This document shows positions 1-9,596 of a stretch of DNA of 64,000 nucleotides, one piece after another. Source of the DNA: a virus; IMG/VR virus record IMGVR_UViG_3300042430_001163, positions 7,498 to 71,497 of that record; one strand, 5' to 3'. Both the position numbers and the translations under genes were made by a program. The first letter of the stretch is position 1. Each line of letters begins with the position of its first letter. The notes beneath the pieces were generated by a model. The model ran no database searches and had not been told where the DNA came from. It worked only from the letters and a program-made list of their open reading frames with translations.

Positions 1-235
1 TTGGTATATGGAATCTAAAATTTAGAGATAAATTTATTAAAACTGATTCAGAAGATACTTTAAAAACTAAGGTGGAATGGATCGAAGCTGAGGTATGTAT
101 GCAACATAAGACTATTTATAAAAAATTGCCTGTTGGCAATGTGATAGATATGACAATTCGTCCAAATTATACAAAGTCAAGAATCGCTCGTAGAGATAGT
201 AATGATCAGATATTTTTATTTTCGTAACAGATTAA

Positions 236-472
236 ATGACAGATTCTGAACTTCATTTACCAATTAGTCCATTCTTAGATAATGCTTCTAATTGGTATCT
301 TAGTACTCATCGGAATCCTTATGATGATCATTCCGAACTTTATTCTAGATATAAAGTTTGGATGAATGAACAAGGTGTTATATTACGTGACATGGATGAG
401 AAAGTCAGAACATATCTTTATTTTAAAGACGAACAATCAATGTTGATATTTGCCCTACGTTGGGGAAATTAA
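236..472 (+). CDS. small protein, F-x-L-R/K-W C-terminal family
   Basis: Ends YFKDEQSMLIFALRWGN, same C-terminal motif as the 32.2-35.5 kb array. Confidence 0.7.
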   Translation: MTDSELHLPISPFLDNASNWYLSTHRNPYDDHSELYSRYKVWMNEQGVILRDMDEKVRTYLYFKDEQSMLIFALRWGN

Positions 473-730
473 TTGGATGAAATTGAATATTATAAATATA
501 CTATGCCACTAGATAATATGATTTTGATTGGTAATAAATTATTTTACTCTAGAGCGGAATGGACAAGAACATTTGCTTGGTTACCTCATCGTTGTCATTT
601 AAGTAACAGAATCATATGGTTAAAAATGGCATATCGTGGGATTGTCACATATCTTGATCCAGGAGTTCCCATGGTTCAATATATTTGGCATCATGAGCAT
701 GAACATTTAATCTGGTTATTAAAGAAATAG
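473..730 (+). CDS. hypothetical protein
   Basis: ORF abutting the previous gene; FAWLP..C..S...IWL motif seen in phage hypotheticals. Confidence 0.55.
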   Translation: MDEIEYYKYTMPLDNMILIGNKLFYSRAEWTRTFAWLPHRCHLSNRIIWLKMAYRGIVTYLDPGVPMVQYIWHHEHEHLIWLLKK

Positions 731-737
731 GAAAAAT

Positions 738-1202
738 ATGTTTGAATCACTAAAGAAAATATTTGTTAAACAAGAACCAATTGTAGAACCAATTGTAGAA
801 CCAATACCAGAAGTGGTTAAAAAGCCACGCAAACCTCGTAAACCAAAAGAACCGAAAGTTGTACTTAGTGAAAAAGAACGAGCAACAGCCGCAGGTGAAC
901 CATATATCAGTGTACTTAAAATGGATATTGATCCAGATAATATCAATAGTGGTAGTTTTGAACTAGATTGGAATAGTAAATTTGCCGCCAATTTGGCACG
1001 CGCCGGTTATCAACAAAAACCAGGCGAAAGTGAAGATGTAATCGTTGATCGTTGGTTTCAAACAGTTTGTAGAAATATAGCACTTGAAGTATATGAACAA
1101 AATATTGCCGATCCAATTAATCGGGAAACTGACCAATTAAAAGAAGAATTACGAAATATCCGCCGTACTGATATAGGTAACGGCCGTTCAGAAATTAGTT
1201 GA
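738..1202 (+). CDS. conserved hypothetical phage protein
   Basis: 154-aa ORF; FELDWN..F and VDRWF..VCRN motifs; short EPIV repeats. Confidence 0.7.
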   Translation: MFESLKKIFVKQEPIVEPIVEPIPEVVKKPRKPRKPKEPKVVLSEKERATAAGEPYISVLKMDIDPDNINSGSFELDWNSKFAANLARAGYQQKPGESEDVIVDRWFQTVCRNIALEVYEQNIADPINRETDQLKEELRNIRRTDIGNGRSEIS

Positions 1203-1227
1203 TCTAGATCAATCCATCCATATTTTA

Positions 1228-1256
1228 TTGACATAAACGCTTAATTATAGTATAAT
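1228..1256 (+). promoter_or_regulatory. sigma70-type early promoter
   Basis: TTGACA-17 nt-TATAAT upstream of RNase H. Confidence 0.8.
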
Positions 1257-1288
1257 ATACGTATATTATAAGCTAAATAAAGATCACA

Positions 1289-2326
1289 ATGAAATATATT
1301 CTCATAGACACTGCCAATCTGTTTTTCAAAAGCCGTCACTTTGCAAGTAAACATAGTGATGATTGGGAAAAGATTGGTATGGCATTACATCTTACCTTAA
1401 GCGGTGTACAAAGTATTGTCAGACGTTTCATTGGTTCAGAACCATGTCATGTGATCTTTGCACTAGAAGGTAGATCATGGCGTAAGGATTTTTATACTCC
1501 TTATAAAGCTAATCGTGCAGTCAAACGTGCAGCACTAACAGAAAAAGAAGTTGAACAGGATCAAATGTTCTGGGATACTTATGATGTATTCACAAAATTT
1601 CTAGACGAAAAAACAAACGTATCAGTATTACGTTGTCCTACGGCTGAGGCTGATGATATCATTGCCAGATTTGTACAACTTCATACTGAAGATGAACATT
1701 TCATTATTAGTAGTGATGGTGATTTTGCTCAACTTATCGCTCCAAATGTAAAACAATATAATAGTATGGCTGGTCATTTAATTACTCTTGAAGGATATTA
1801 TGATGATCGTGGTCGTGAAGTTAAAGACAAAAAAACAAAAGAACATAAAAAACTAGAAGCCCCACAATACTTGTTGTTTGAAAAATGTATGCGTGGTGAT
1901 ACTAGCGATAATGTATTCAGTGCATATCCTGGAATTAGAACTAAAGGCACTAAAAAAACAGTTGGATTAATTGACGCTTATCAAGATAGAGAGCGCAAAG
2001 GATTCAATTGGAACAATGTAATGTTACAACGTTGGGTTGATCATAATGGTGTTGAACATCGTGTGTTAGATGATTATGCTCGTAATGTAACATTATGTGA
2101 TTTAACGGCACAACCACAAGAAGTAAAAGATGCAGTTGATCAATGTATTCATGATCAATTGAGAGTGGTTCCTAAAACTGGTGTTGGTATGCATCTTATG
2201 AAATTTGTTGCAAAATATGAACTGACAAAAATCGGTGATCAGGTTGAGCAATATGCCAAATGGATGAATTCTATCTATGATGGTAAATTGAATAAACAGG
2301 AATTAAATAATGAAATCGGAATTTAA
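1289..2326 (+). CDS. rnh: T4-type RNase H / 5'-3' exonuclease (FEN family)
   Basis: LIDTAN, SWRKDFY..YKANR, EADDII, SSDGDF.QL, GDTSDNV motifs. Confidence 0.9.
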   Translation: MKYILIDTANLFFKSRHFASKHSDDWEKIGMALHLTLSGVQSIVRRFIGSEPCHVIFALEGRSWRKDFYTPYKANRAVKRAALTEKEVEQDQMFWDTYDVFTKFLDEKTNVSVLRCPTAEADDIIARFVQLHTEDEHFIISSDGDFAQLIAPNVKQYNSMAGHLITLEGYYDDRGREVKDKKTKEHKKLEAPQYLLFEKCMRGDTSDNVFSAYPGIRTKGTKKTVGLIDAYQDRERKGFNWNNVMLQRWVDHNGVEHRVLDDYARNVTLCDLTAQPQEVKDAVDQCIHDQLRVVPKTGVGMHLMKFVAKYELTKIGDQVEQYAKWMNSIYDGKLNKQELNNEIGI

Positions 2327-2516
2327 GAAAATAGCAGATGATTGTGGTTTATACATTTCTCCACCAAGTCAAAATACAATGTTGGAAGTAGAATTCTTTG
2401 GCGAACAAGTGGCTAAGAAATGTTGCGAGATACTTGATGATAAACGATTTAATAACGTTAGACCAAGTATAGAAATTGCTCAGGCAATGATTAAACAATT
2501 TTTTGAGATAAAATAA
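2310..2516 (+). CDS. hypothetical, divergent member of the FAELII..C family
   Basis: EFFGEQVAKKCC...IKQFF resembles 11749, 48879 and 53201. Confidence 0.55.
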   Translation: MKSEFKKIADDCGLYISPPSQNTMLEVEFFGEQVAKKCCEILDDKRFNNVRPSIEIAQAMIKQFFEIK

Positions 2517-3196
2517 TGAGTAATGTTTGGGATACACTAATTAAAGTAGAACAATACTTTGAAAGTCAGTTTTATGCTACTGGTAGTATAATTGAAGAAC
2601 CTGGAATGCATCGTTTTAATCAACCAGGTTGGATTAATAAAGTTTGGGCAAGTAGTAGATATCGTAGAGCACACATTGACGTTGTAGATGCCAGAGACTC
2701 TAAAGGATTGTGGATGATGCATTGTTGTGTTTTCCCACATTTACATAATCCTGCTCCTATCTTTGGATTTGATGTAGTCGCAGGTAAAAATAAAATTACA
2801 GGATGTTTTCATGATTTTAGTCCAGCCGGAGATGCAGAACATCCGCTAATAGATTGGTTTACTAACGAATCTAGTAAATTAGAATGGAATAAGCCACGTC
2901 CATTACCTGAGTGGGCACAACGTATATTTACTAAACATATGATTGCCGCTGGTAATGTAAGTGATCCTATAGAATTAGAACAAATATTAGTTATGTCTAG
3001 AAAACATCTAGATCATTATCTGAATGTCATAGATGAAACTAATAATACAGTAACTAGTACCAAAGATCATCAAAATTATTACGCACAAAATCAGAAACAA
3101 AACCCACATACACCTAAAGTAATGGTTAGTTTAGGGTTAAGTGAATCAGATGTAAAAGTTTTTGTACAGGATTGTTTGTTTCCAGAAATACTATAA
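2516..3196 (+). CDS. pcyX: ferredoxin-dependent bilin reductase, PcyA/PcyX-like
   Basis: RRAHIDVVD, MMHCCVFP, PIFGFDVVAG, HDFSP, LPEWA..IF, YYAQNQKQNPHT motifs; adjacent to heme oxygenase. Confidence 0.85.
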   Translation: MSNVWDTLIKVEQYFESQFYATGSIIEEPGMHRFNQPGWINKVWASSRYRRAHIDVVDARDSKGLWMMHCCVFPHLHNPAPIFGFDVVAGKNKITGCFHDFSPAGDAEHPLIDWFTNESSKLEWNKPRPLPEWAQRIFTKHMIAAGNVSDPIELEQILVMSRKHLDHYLNVIDETNNTVTSTKDHQNYYAQNQKQNPHTPKVMVSLGLSESDVKVFVQDCLFPEIL

Positions 3197-3240
3197 TAAA
3201 GTATGGAAATTGATCACTAAAAAATTTTAAAGGTAAAACA

Positions 3241-3798
3241 ATGAGTATTTTAAGAGAACATACAAACGAAAAACATAGAGCGATAGAAAGTCATATATTT
3301 GTACAAATGATGATGAATGGTGAATTGTCTAAAGAACAACATGCCATGTATTTACAACAAATGTATCATGTTTATCGTGATATTGAATACTATGGTGAAA
3401 TGGTTGGATTATTTCATGATATGCGTTCTATTAAAAGAACGGATGCCATTAAAGAAGATATTTATGAACTTGGATATAAAGTATTAACTAGCGATGAAAT
3501 TTTTCCTAGTACAAAAGCTTATCGTGAACATATTTTAAATTTGTACTATGGTAAAAAAGGCGATCAGATTTTAGCTCATATTTATGTAAGACATATGGGT
3601 GATTTATATGGTGGTAAACTTATTGCTAGAAAAGTACCGGGATCAGGAAAGGTTTATCAATTTGAGAATAGTCAAGAATTGATTAATACATTAGATGCAA
3701 AACTAACTATGAATATTCTTGATGAAGCTTTGTTGGCATTTGATATGAATGGTCATATGTTTGATGATATGTTAAAAAAGGTAAATGAAACAAAATGA
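3241..3798 (+). CDS. hemO: heme oxygenase
   Basis: LREHT...H proximal His; AHIYVRHMGDLYGG distal helix motif. Confidence 0.9.
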   Translation: MSILREHTNEKHRAIESHIFVQMMMNGELSKEQHAMYLQQMYHVYRDIEYYGEMVGLFHDMRSIKRTDAIKEDIYELGYKVLTSDEIFPSTKAYREHILNLYYGKKGDQILAHIYVRHMGDLYGGKLIARKVPGSGKVYQFENSQELINTLDAKLTMNILDEALLAFDMNGHMFDDMLKKVNETK

Positions 3799-4331
3799 TT
3801 ACTTTAAAAGATTTTATGGAAACAGTTAACTACAAGATCAGTGAAGGTAGTGATTACTTGTGGAACTGTTATGGTGAAAATAGTTATCGTTTAGATAGTT
3901 GGAATGGTGAAAATGATGGATACAGTGCTAGTATAGTATTTGATACCAAAACTCAAGTAGTTTACGAAACAACATCATATGACTATCAACATGATCGTGC
4001 CTATCGTATGATCAACCCAGACTATGTTAAGAAACATAACAAAGAAGGAAAAAAATGTGGTGTTAACGTAAAACAAGCATGGGACGATGTTGATTATGTT
4101 GATCTAGACGTTGAAGAAGACTTTTTAGAAAAATTGTTAGCTATTGTATCAGGAGAGGATTATGATACTAGAGTATTAATTCCTGTTGATATGACTGAAG
4201 TTCAATTCGCATTAGTTGCTCGTGCTGCTCATGAGGCTGATATGACATTGAATGAATTTTTTGAACAAGCATTGACTGAGTATGTCAAAGAGAATCATAA
4301 ATTAAAGGAACAAAATGACACTGATTGCTAA
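3795..4331 (+). CDS. conserved hypothetical protein
   Basis: 178-aa ORF with ATGA overlap; C-terminal AAHEADMTLN may be ribbon-helix-helix-like. Confidence 0.65.
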   Translation: MITLKDFMETVNYKISEGSDYLWNCYGENSYRLDSWNGENDGYSASIVFDTKTQVVYETTSYDYQHDRAYRMINPDYVKKHNKEGKKCGVNVKQAWDDVDYVDLDVEEDFLEKLLAIVSGEDYDTRVLIPVDMTEVQFALVARAAHEADMTLNEFFEQALTEYVKENHKLKEQNDTDC

Positions 4332-4758
4332 AACTATTGTACGAGATCAACTATGGGTTATTACTGATGGTGATAGAAAAATTGGCAATGTAGAGGCAGA
4401 TCAATCAGGTTATTGTATTAAGATTGGTCATGATACTAAACATTATGCCAGTACTAAGGCTATTGAACAAACACTTCAAGTAACATTTGATAAACCAGTA
4501 ACATTAGAATCACATGAAGAAACACCATTTGCTCATTGGCCAGTAGAAGGGAAAACATTTAATAATTTTTATGATCTTAAACGTAAGTTACATGTTTATA
4601 CCAAAAGTGAAAAGAGTTTATGTTATCATTGTGCCGGATATTTTAATATCAAAATGAATGATGAATGGGAAACAATATTTTGTCCAAAATATATTTTTGT
4701 ACAACGATATCCATATAATGGCCCATTTAAAACCGAAGATGAGGCTTTATATAGCTAA
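4315..4758 (+). CDS. hypothetical protein
   Basis: 147-aa ORF in operon; FCPK...RYPY.GPFKT. Confidence 0.65.
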   Translation: MTLIAKTIVRDQLWVITDGDRKIGNVEADQSGYCIKIGHDTKHYASTKAIEQTLQVTFDKPVTLESHEETPFAHWPVEGKTFNNFYDLKRKLHVYTKSEKSLCYHCAGYFNIKMNDEWETIFCPKYIFVQRYPYNGPFKTEDEALYS

Positions 4759-4768
4759 ATAATTGACT

Positions 4769-4963
4769 ATGGTAAATATTAAACGTTTCATTGATAGAGT
4801 AAGTTCTATGGATCAAAATCCAGGAAAAAGTCTAGTTCTTCCAATAGATGAGGCAAGACAGTTACGCGATGAAATCGTTAAATTGTTAGCAGATAAACTT
4901 AATGACAGAATCAATGCCTCACAAGATGTAATTAAGATAGAAGTCACTGGTGGTAATTTCTAA
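4769..4963 (+). CDS. hypothetical protein
   Basis: ORF with TAATG overlap to the next gene. Confidence 0.55.
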   Translation: MVNIKRFIDRVSSMDQNPGKSLVLPIDEARQLRDEIVKLLADKLNDRINASQDVIKIEVTGGNF

Positions 4964-5253
4964 TGTCAAGAACTCAACCAAAAATCTTATTAGAATTAGT
5001 AGACAAACAAACTTATAAAGTAGATCAGATTGTAGAGGCTAGTGGTATTTGGGCGGTTTATTATAATGATCAACCAATCAATTTAAAAAATCAACATTAT
5101 TTGGATAGTAATAGTGTACCCAAATATAAGAAAACTAGTTTTAGTAATCCTGGTCATGCTAGAAATTTATGTCGTAAATTGAACAATCAATTTAAAACCG
5201 ATAAATTTTCAGTTGTATTTTTAAATCAGGGACAAAAAGTTTATCCGGATTGA
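4963..5253 (+). CDS. conserved hypothetical protein
   Basis: PKYKKTSFSNPGHA.NL..KLN motif. Confidence 0.65.
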   Translation: MSRTQPKILLELVDKQTYKVDQIVEASGIWAVYYNDQPINLKNQHYLDSNSVPKYKKTSFSNPGHARNLCRKLNNQFKTDKFSVVFLNQGQKVYPD

Positions 5254-5254
5254 T

Positions 5255-5656
5255 ATGATATCATACGTAACTAATAAAGAAGAAATAACTAGAAAAATTC
5301 TTCCTTTGATAGATTCAACGGAGATATCAGATTTTGATTATGCCATGAAAACATGGTGGGTTAACATTCGTAATACTGGTGGATTATGTTTAACTGCACT
5401 TGGTGATAAAGTGTTTCGTCAGGCAAAGATAGAATGTTATGATTTAATTTTAGGTTGGACAAATTACAGTAATTCTGGTATGTTAATGTTAGATAGAAAA
5501 ATGCCATGTCCATATCATATACATTTTGCTAGTAAACAAAATTTTGTTAGAATATATGATAGTAGAGTGGCAATGATGATTACTCTACATGGTGGAGTAG
5601 AAAAGTTTTTGAAAAATAAAGTAGATATACATTATCCAGAGATCAATAATGACTGA
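5255..5656 (+). CDS. hypothetical protein
   Basis: 133-aa ORF in operon. Confidence 0.6.
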   Translation: MISYVTNKEEITRKILPLIDSTEISDFDYAMKTWWVNIRNTGGLCLTALGDKVFRQAKIECYDLILGWTNYSNSGMLMLDRKMPCPYHIHFASKQNFVRIYDSRVAMMITLHGGVEKFLKNKVDIHYPEINND

Positions 5657-5828
5657 AAAAAAACATAATCCAAATCCATTTATAAGATTAGCTCAAGAGG
5701 CTAAAGAACAAAAACAAGCCTCTATTGGAATTCTTGACAAAACTGATAAGTTATCTCATACTGGCGCTACACCAAAAATAACTCCAAGAGCTACTAAAAT
5801 TATGAGAAAAGCTGGAAGAGGACGTTAA
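5649..5828 (+). CDS. small basic protein (59 aa, not in ORF track)
   Basis: ATG 5649 to TAA 5828, MTEKKHNPNPF...RKAGRGR; fills the gap. Confidence 0.5.
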   Translation: MTEKKHNPNPFIRLAQEAKEQKQASIGILDKTDKLSHTGATPKITPRATKIMRKAGRGR

Positions 5829-5922
5829 GACGTAATATAGTATCATATTATAATATAATGTGTATAATAAGTACATTAGTGAAAACACTAATATCGTTTC
5901 TACTTACACACAGGACACTAAT

Positions 5923-6093
5923 ATGAAAACACTATACTCAATGCTAGAAAGACTAGCCGAACTATTTCCCAAACAAGATTATGGTTATCGTTTGGATCGC
6001 TATGTAAAATTAAATAAACCAACCAATTCATCTGAAGTAGAACACTTGATTAAAAATTTTGAACGTAAAGAATTTAAAGGATTCTATCAATGA
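5923..6093 (+). CDS. hypothetical protein
   Basis: AGGA SD before MKTLY. Confidence 0.5.
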   Translation: MKTLYSMLERLAELFPKQDYGYRLDRYVKLNKPTNSSEVEHLIKNFERKEFKGFYQ

Positions 6094-6403
6094 AAACAAT
6101 TATAACAGCAATAATTAACTATATGCAACGATATGAAGAATATCGTATGAAACAATTTGAACGTACATTACGTATAAGAGGATGGGAATAATAATGAAAA
6201 TTTTAAAATCAATTTGGGCCAGTTTAGAACATATTGGACGCATTAGAGCGGCTGGTATATTAGCTCGTGAGGGCGATACTAAAGGTGCAATTGCGTTAAT
6301 GGACAAAAAGTTCATTTAACCAAATAACTTGATATTCACATAAATATCAAGTACACTAGTACTACAGTAGAGATACTGTTTTGACACACACAGGAGAAAT
6401 ATT

Positions 6404-6673
6404 ATGTCATTTGAAACACCAAAACTACCAGAAGTTAAGTTCAACAAAAACGGCTATGAGATTCGTACACAAATCTTAGATATGGCCAAGAGTATGCTTA
6501 GTGAAGATTTTCATGCCAAGTTTCTAGGATGGGAAATGTCTACAGCAAAAGATGAAAAAACAGGCAAATTGGTTACCACAGTTGGTATGCCAGAATTTCC
6601 AGGACTTGATAAAGTTCTTGAAACTGCAGAAAAAATGTACGCTTTTGTAAACGCCACAACTTCAAAGAAGTAA
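6404..6673 (+). CDS. conserved hypothetical phage protein
   Basis: AGGAG SD; NKNGYEIR..IL.MAK...A.KMY.FV. Confidence 0.7.
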   Translation: MSFETPKLPEVKFNKNGYEIRTQILDMAKSMLSEDFHAKFLGWEMSTAKDEKTGKLVTTVGMPEFPGLDKVLETAEKMYAFVNATTSKK

Positions 6674-6676
6674 TCA

Positions 6677-6967
6677 ATGACCGAAATTCTATTCAATGTA
6701 TTTGAATGGATACGCCAAGATTTTCGTAGCAACAAGATTCGTTGTGTATTGGAAATCTTGGCGTGGTTTCTTAGTATTTCATGTAGTGTTGTTATGATGC
6801 TAACTGTACCAACTCCACCATTTCTAATTTTATACCCATTGTTTATTGCCCAATGTGTAATATTTGCATGGTCGTCATATTCTAGACGTTCATTTGGTAT
6901 GTTAGCAAATTATATTTTACTTAGTTCCATTGATGGGATAGCGTTAATTCGGCTTATTTTAATGTAA
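6677..6967 (+). CDS. small membrane protein
   Basis: About three hydrophobic segments. Confidence 0.65.
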   Translation: MTEILFNVFEWIRQDFRSNKIRCVLEILAWFLSISCSVVMMLTVPTPPFLILYPLFIAQCVIFAWSSYSRRSFGMLANYILLSSIDGIALIRLILM

Positions 6968-6972
6968 ACTAT

Positions 6973-7025
6973 TGTTGTTTTTACACAACATAATAGTTGA
7001 CGTTAAATCTATTATAGTATATAAT
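6973..7025 (+). promoter_or_regulatory. early promoter cassette with TGTTG-N8-CAACA palindrome
   Basis: Palindrome 6973-6990; TTGACG 6997, 17 nt, TATAAT 7020. Confidence 0.75.
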
Positions 7026-7051
7026 GTTTTATAGTAACAAAAGGAATCAAA

Positions 7052-7249
7052 ATGTCAGACAATAAGATTGATCGTAATGAATACGATATGTTGTATCCCT
7101 CAGAAAAAGAATTCAAAACTTGGGTTCAAAACCAAGAACTTAACGAAGTACGTGCCGAACTCAAAAGACGCTTAATTGCCAGTTTGAATGAATCCACTCG
7201 TAAAAACGTTAAAGAAATCTTTAGTCCATTTAATACTATTAATAGTTAA
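7052..7249 (+). CDS. hypothetical early protein
   Basis: AAGGA SD downstream of promoter. Confidence 0.55.
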   Translation: MSDNKIDRNEYDMLYPSEKEFKTWVQNQELNEVRAELKRRLIASLNESTRKNVKEIFSPFNTINS

Positions 7250-7337
7250 TTTGTTGTATAAAAACAACACTTTTTATTGACAGTAAATCCATTTTCTTGT
7301 ATAATACTTGTATACACTGATGAAAAGGAAGTAAAAA
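7247..7337 (+). promoter_or_regulatory. repeated early promoter/leader cassette
   Basis: TGTTGTATAAAAACAACA, TTGACA 7277-17-TATAAT 7300, leader TACACTGATGAAAAGGAAGTAAA; near-copy at 7572-7661. Confidence 0.85.
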
Positions 7338-7574
7338 ATGAATCCAAATTTTCTCAAAGCCCTGACTGAGCCTACGGTTTTTGTCGTAAGTATGAAATAT
7401 ACATTAGACGGTCAAGACATTGATGACGTTGATGCCGATCAAGTGGCGGAAATGGTTCGTGGCGTTTTCTCTACTGAACAAGCCGCAAAAGATTTTGCCG
7501 CAACAAAAAATAAAGAGTACAAAGGACAAGAGGATGTTCATTTCACCGTTCGTATGCACTTTATTCAAGACTAA
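7338..7574 (+). CDS. hypothetical early protein
   Basis: Sits between two cassette copies; GVFST...A motif. Confidence 0.6.
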   Translation: MNPNFLKALTEPTVFVVSMKYTLDGQDIDDVDADQVAEMVRGVFSTEQAAKDFAATKNKEYKGQEDVHFTVRMHFIQD

Positions 7575-7661
7575 TTTGTTGTATAAAAACAACACTTTTT
7601 ATTGACAACAAATCCAATTTCCTGTATAATATACACATACACTGATGAAAAGGAAGTAAAT
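7572..7661 (+). promoter_or_regulatory. repeated early promoter/leader cassette
   Basis: Palindrome, TTGACA 7602-17-TATAAT 7625, same leader. Confidence 0.85.
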
Positions 7662-7931
7662 ATGAAAGTTGATTTAAGCCAACAGGCTACTCGTTTTGTT
7701 GAGTCAATTCTAACTGTTTGTAAAGCATCACATAATGAAATGGCCGCTTATAAAAATATTCCTATTGAATATTTGCCACAAATTCGCTCTTATTTCAAGT
7801 CACAAGGCAAGAAAACTCATATTCGTTTTCGCGGATCACGTACTAATCCGCTTGATCGTCGCGATCGTAGTCAACGAATGCAAGATTGTGTTAAACAATT
7901 CGCTGATCGTTTTTCAGTTTATTTCAAATAA
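7662..7931 (+). CDS. hypothetical early protein
   Basis: True start MKVDL after the cassette SD. Confidence 0.6.
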   Translation: MKVDLSQQATRFVESILTVCKASHNEMAAYKNIPIEYLPQIRSYFKSQGKKTHIRFRGSRTNPLDRRDRSQRMQDCVKQFADRFSVYFK

Positions 7932-7946
7932 TTTTAAGGATAAAAA

Positions 7947-8135
7947 ATGTCTAAAGAAGAACTTGCTCGTAGAATTCGTTGTGGATTTTTTTCCGAGCGT
8001 ACTACTTTAACTGAAGCTTTTGAATACGCTCATGTTGTTATGAAAAACAACCCAGCGGCAATGACTGCCATGTACGTGGTTTTGAATACTGTGGCTAAAG
8101 AAATTCTAAAATTAGAACAAAAGGAAACTGTATAA
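7947..8135 (+). CDS. hypothetical protein
   Basis: AAGGA SD; TAATG overlap. Confidence 0.55.
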   Translation: MSKEELARRIRCGFFSERTTLTEAFEYAHVVMKNNPAAMTAMYVVLNTVAKEILKLEQKETV

Positions 8136-8575
8136 TGGCAACTCGCTCAACAATCGCCGTAATTCATGAAGACGGAACTGTGTCGCAAATTTATTGTCAT
8201 TATGATGGTTATGTTTCATTTAATGGTAAACTATTAGTAACAAATTATAATAATCTTTTAGCTGCCGAATTTTTGGTAAGTAAAGGTGATCTCAGTACAT
8301 TGGGTGAACGTGTTACTTCTCAAGGTGCTCAAGGTGAACATTCATTTTCAAATCCTGAAGATGGTGTATGCGTTTATTACGGCCGTGATCGTGGCGAAAC
8401 TGGGGTTGAACCTCGTGTATTTGCCAGTGTTCATGATTATCGTCTTTATGCCAAACGTCAAGAAGTAAATTACTTGTTTATTGATGGCGAATGGTTATAT
8501 CAATATGAAGTCAATGATCCCACTATGAAATCTGTGGCAGAAGAATTAAAATTTTGTACTCCAATTGAAGATTAA
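8135..8575 (+). CDS. conserved hypothetical phage protein
   Basis: MATRSTI...IYCHYDGY...YGRDRGE motif. Confidence 0.7.
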   Translation: MATRSTIAVIHEDGTVSQIYCHYDGYVSFNGKLLVTNYNNLLAAEFLVSKGDLSTLGERVTSQGAQGEHSFSNPEDGVCVYYGRDRGETGVEPRVFASVHDYRLYAKRQEVNYLFIDGEWLYQYEVNDPTMKSVAEELKFCTPIED

Positions 8576-8580
8576 ATTCC

Positions 8581-8609
8581 TTGACATTGTATTGTTCATT
8601 TGATACAAT
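8581..8609 (+). promoter_or_regulatory. sigma70-type promoter
   Basis: TTGACA-17-TACAAT. Confidence 0.65.
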
Positions 8610-8629
8610 GTATCAAGGAATATAAATTT

Positions 8630-9577
8630 ATGAAAAAAGTGGCTTTTCTTTTTGATGTTGAATGGGCATTTGGATCTGTTCATTATGAATTGTTCAAATA
8701 TCTATGGACTGTGGGATATAATTGCCATTTATTAACTTGGGCTAAATCATATACTATTGAGGAAATGCAAGAACTTGATAAACATATTGATTTCTGGGTT
8801 ACTACACCTGAAGGTTGTAAATTTTTAGAAAATGTATACGGAATCAGCGTAGAACGTTGTGTTGGAATTGCACATGCCAAATTTGATTTGGAAAATTTTA
8901 TTTCTAAATACGACATAAATGATTTTAATCGTTTCAGAAATTTTGGAGTTGTAAGTTCTTTTCTAAAAGATATGAGTAAAGAATTAGGTATACAACGAGA
9001 ACCAATTGTATGTCCAGTATCTATTAACTATCATACATATTTCGGTGAGCCAAGTAAAGAATTAAAAGTAATTGGTTATGCCGGAACTTATTGGGAACGT
9101 GATAGTGAAATGTCTAAAATTTTGGAATCAAATTCCAAAAATGCTATGATTCAACCGGGATATAAAAAACGCGGTTATCTTATTCGTGAATGTGCAGAAA
9201 AGACAGGACTAATATTTAAAGTAGCTCAACAGTATCATAATACATTTGTCACAATGAGCGGATTTTACAAAACGGTAGACGCGGTCGGTATTGCCAGTTT
9301 AGAAGAAGGTGCTGGATTACCTTCTATGGAAGCTGGTGCCGCCGGTAAATTAGTAATTGGAACTCCAGTTGGTTTATGGCCAACTAGAGTAGGTGATCTT
9401 GGTGGAATAACTGTACCAATTCCAGAAAAAGAATTTGTAGAACAAACGGTAGATATTCTTATGTATTATAAAGATCGTCCACGAGAGTATCAAGACAAGT
9501 GTTATCAAATTAGAGAACATGCTAAAAGTTATGATTGGGTAAATTCTTTACCAGAATGGATTAGTGTATTTAGATAA
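8630..9577 (+). CDS. GT-B glycosyltransferase (GT4-like)
   Basis: S..EGAGLPSMEAGAAGKLVIGTPVG, an E-x7-E motif. Confidence 0.7.
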   Translation: MKKVAFLFDVEWAFGSVHYELFKYLWTVGYNCHLLTWAKSYTIEEMQELDKHIDFWVTTPEGCKFLENVYGISVERCVGIAHAKFDLENFISKYDINDFNRFRNFGVVSSFLKDMSKELGIQREPIVCPVSINYHTYFGEPSKELKVIGYAGTYWERDSEMSKILESNSKNAMIQPGYKKRGYLIRECAEKTGLIFKVAQQYHNTFVTMSGFYKTVDAVGIASLEEGAGLPSMEAGAAGKLVIGTPVGLWPTRVGDLGGITVPIPEKEFVEQTVDILMYYKDRPREYQDKCYQIREHAKSYDWVNSLPEWISVFR

Positions 9578-9596
9578 TCTTATTAGAGAAATTATA

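Noticed and set aside
2516-3798. Cyanophage assignment from the bilin genes
   Set aside because: No psbA, hli or cpeT seen here; the porin, OmpA and Isc genes look proteobacterial.
7247-7661. Repeats as a CRISPR mini-array
   Set aside because: They contain -35/-10 boxes and an SD, and are separated by ORFs rather than 30-40 nt spacers.
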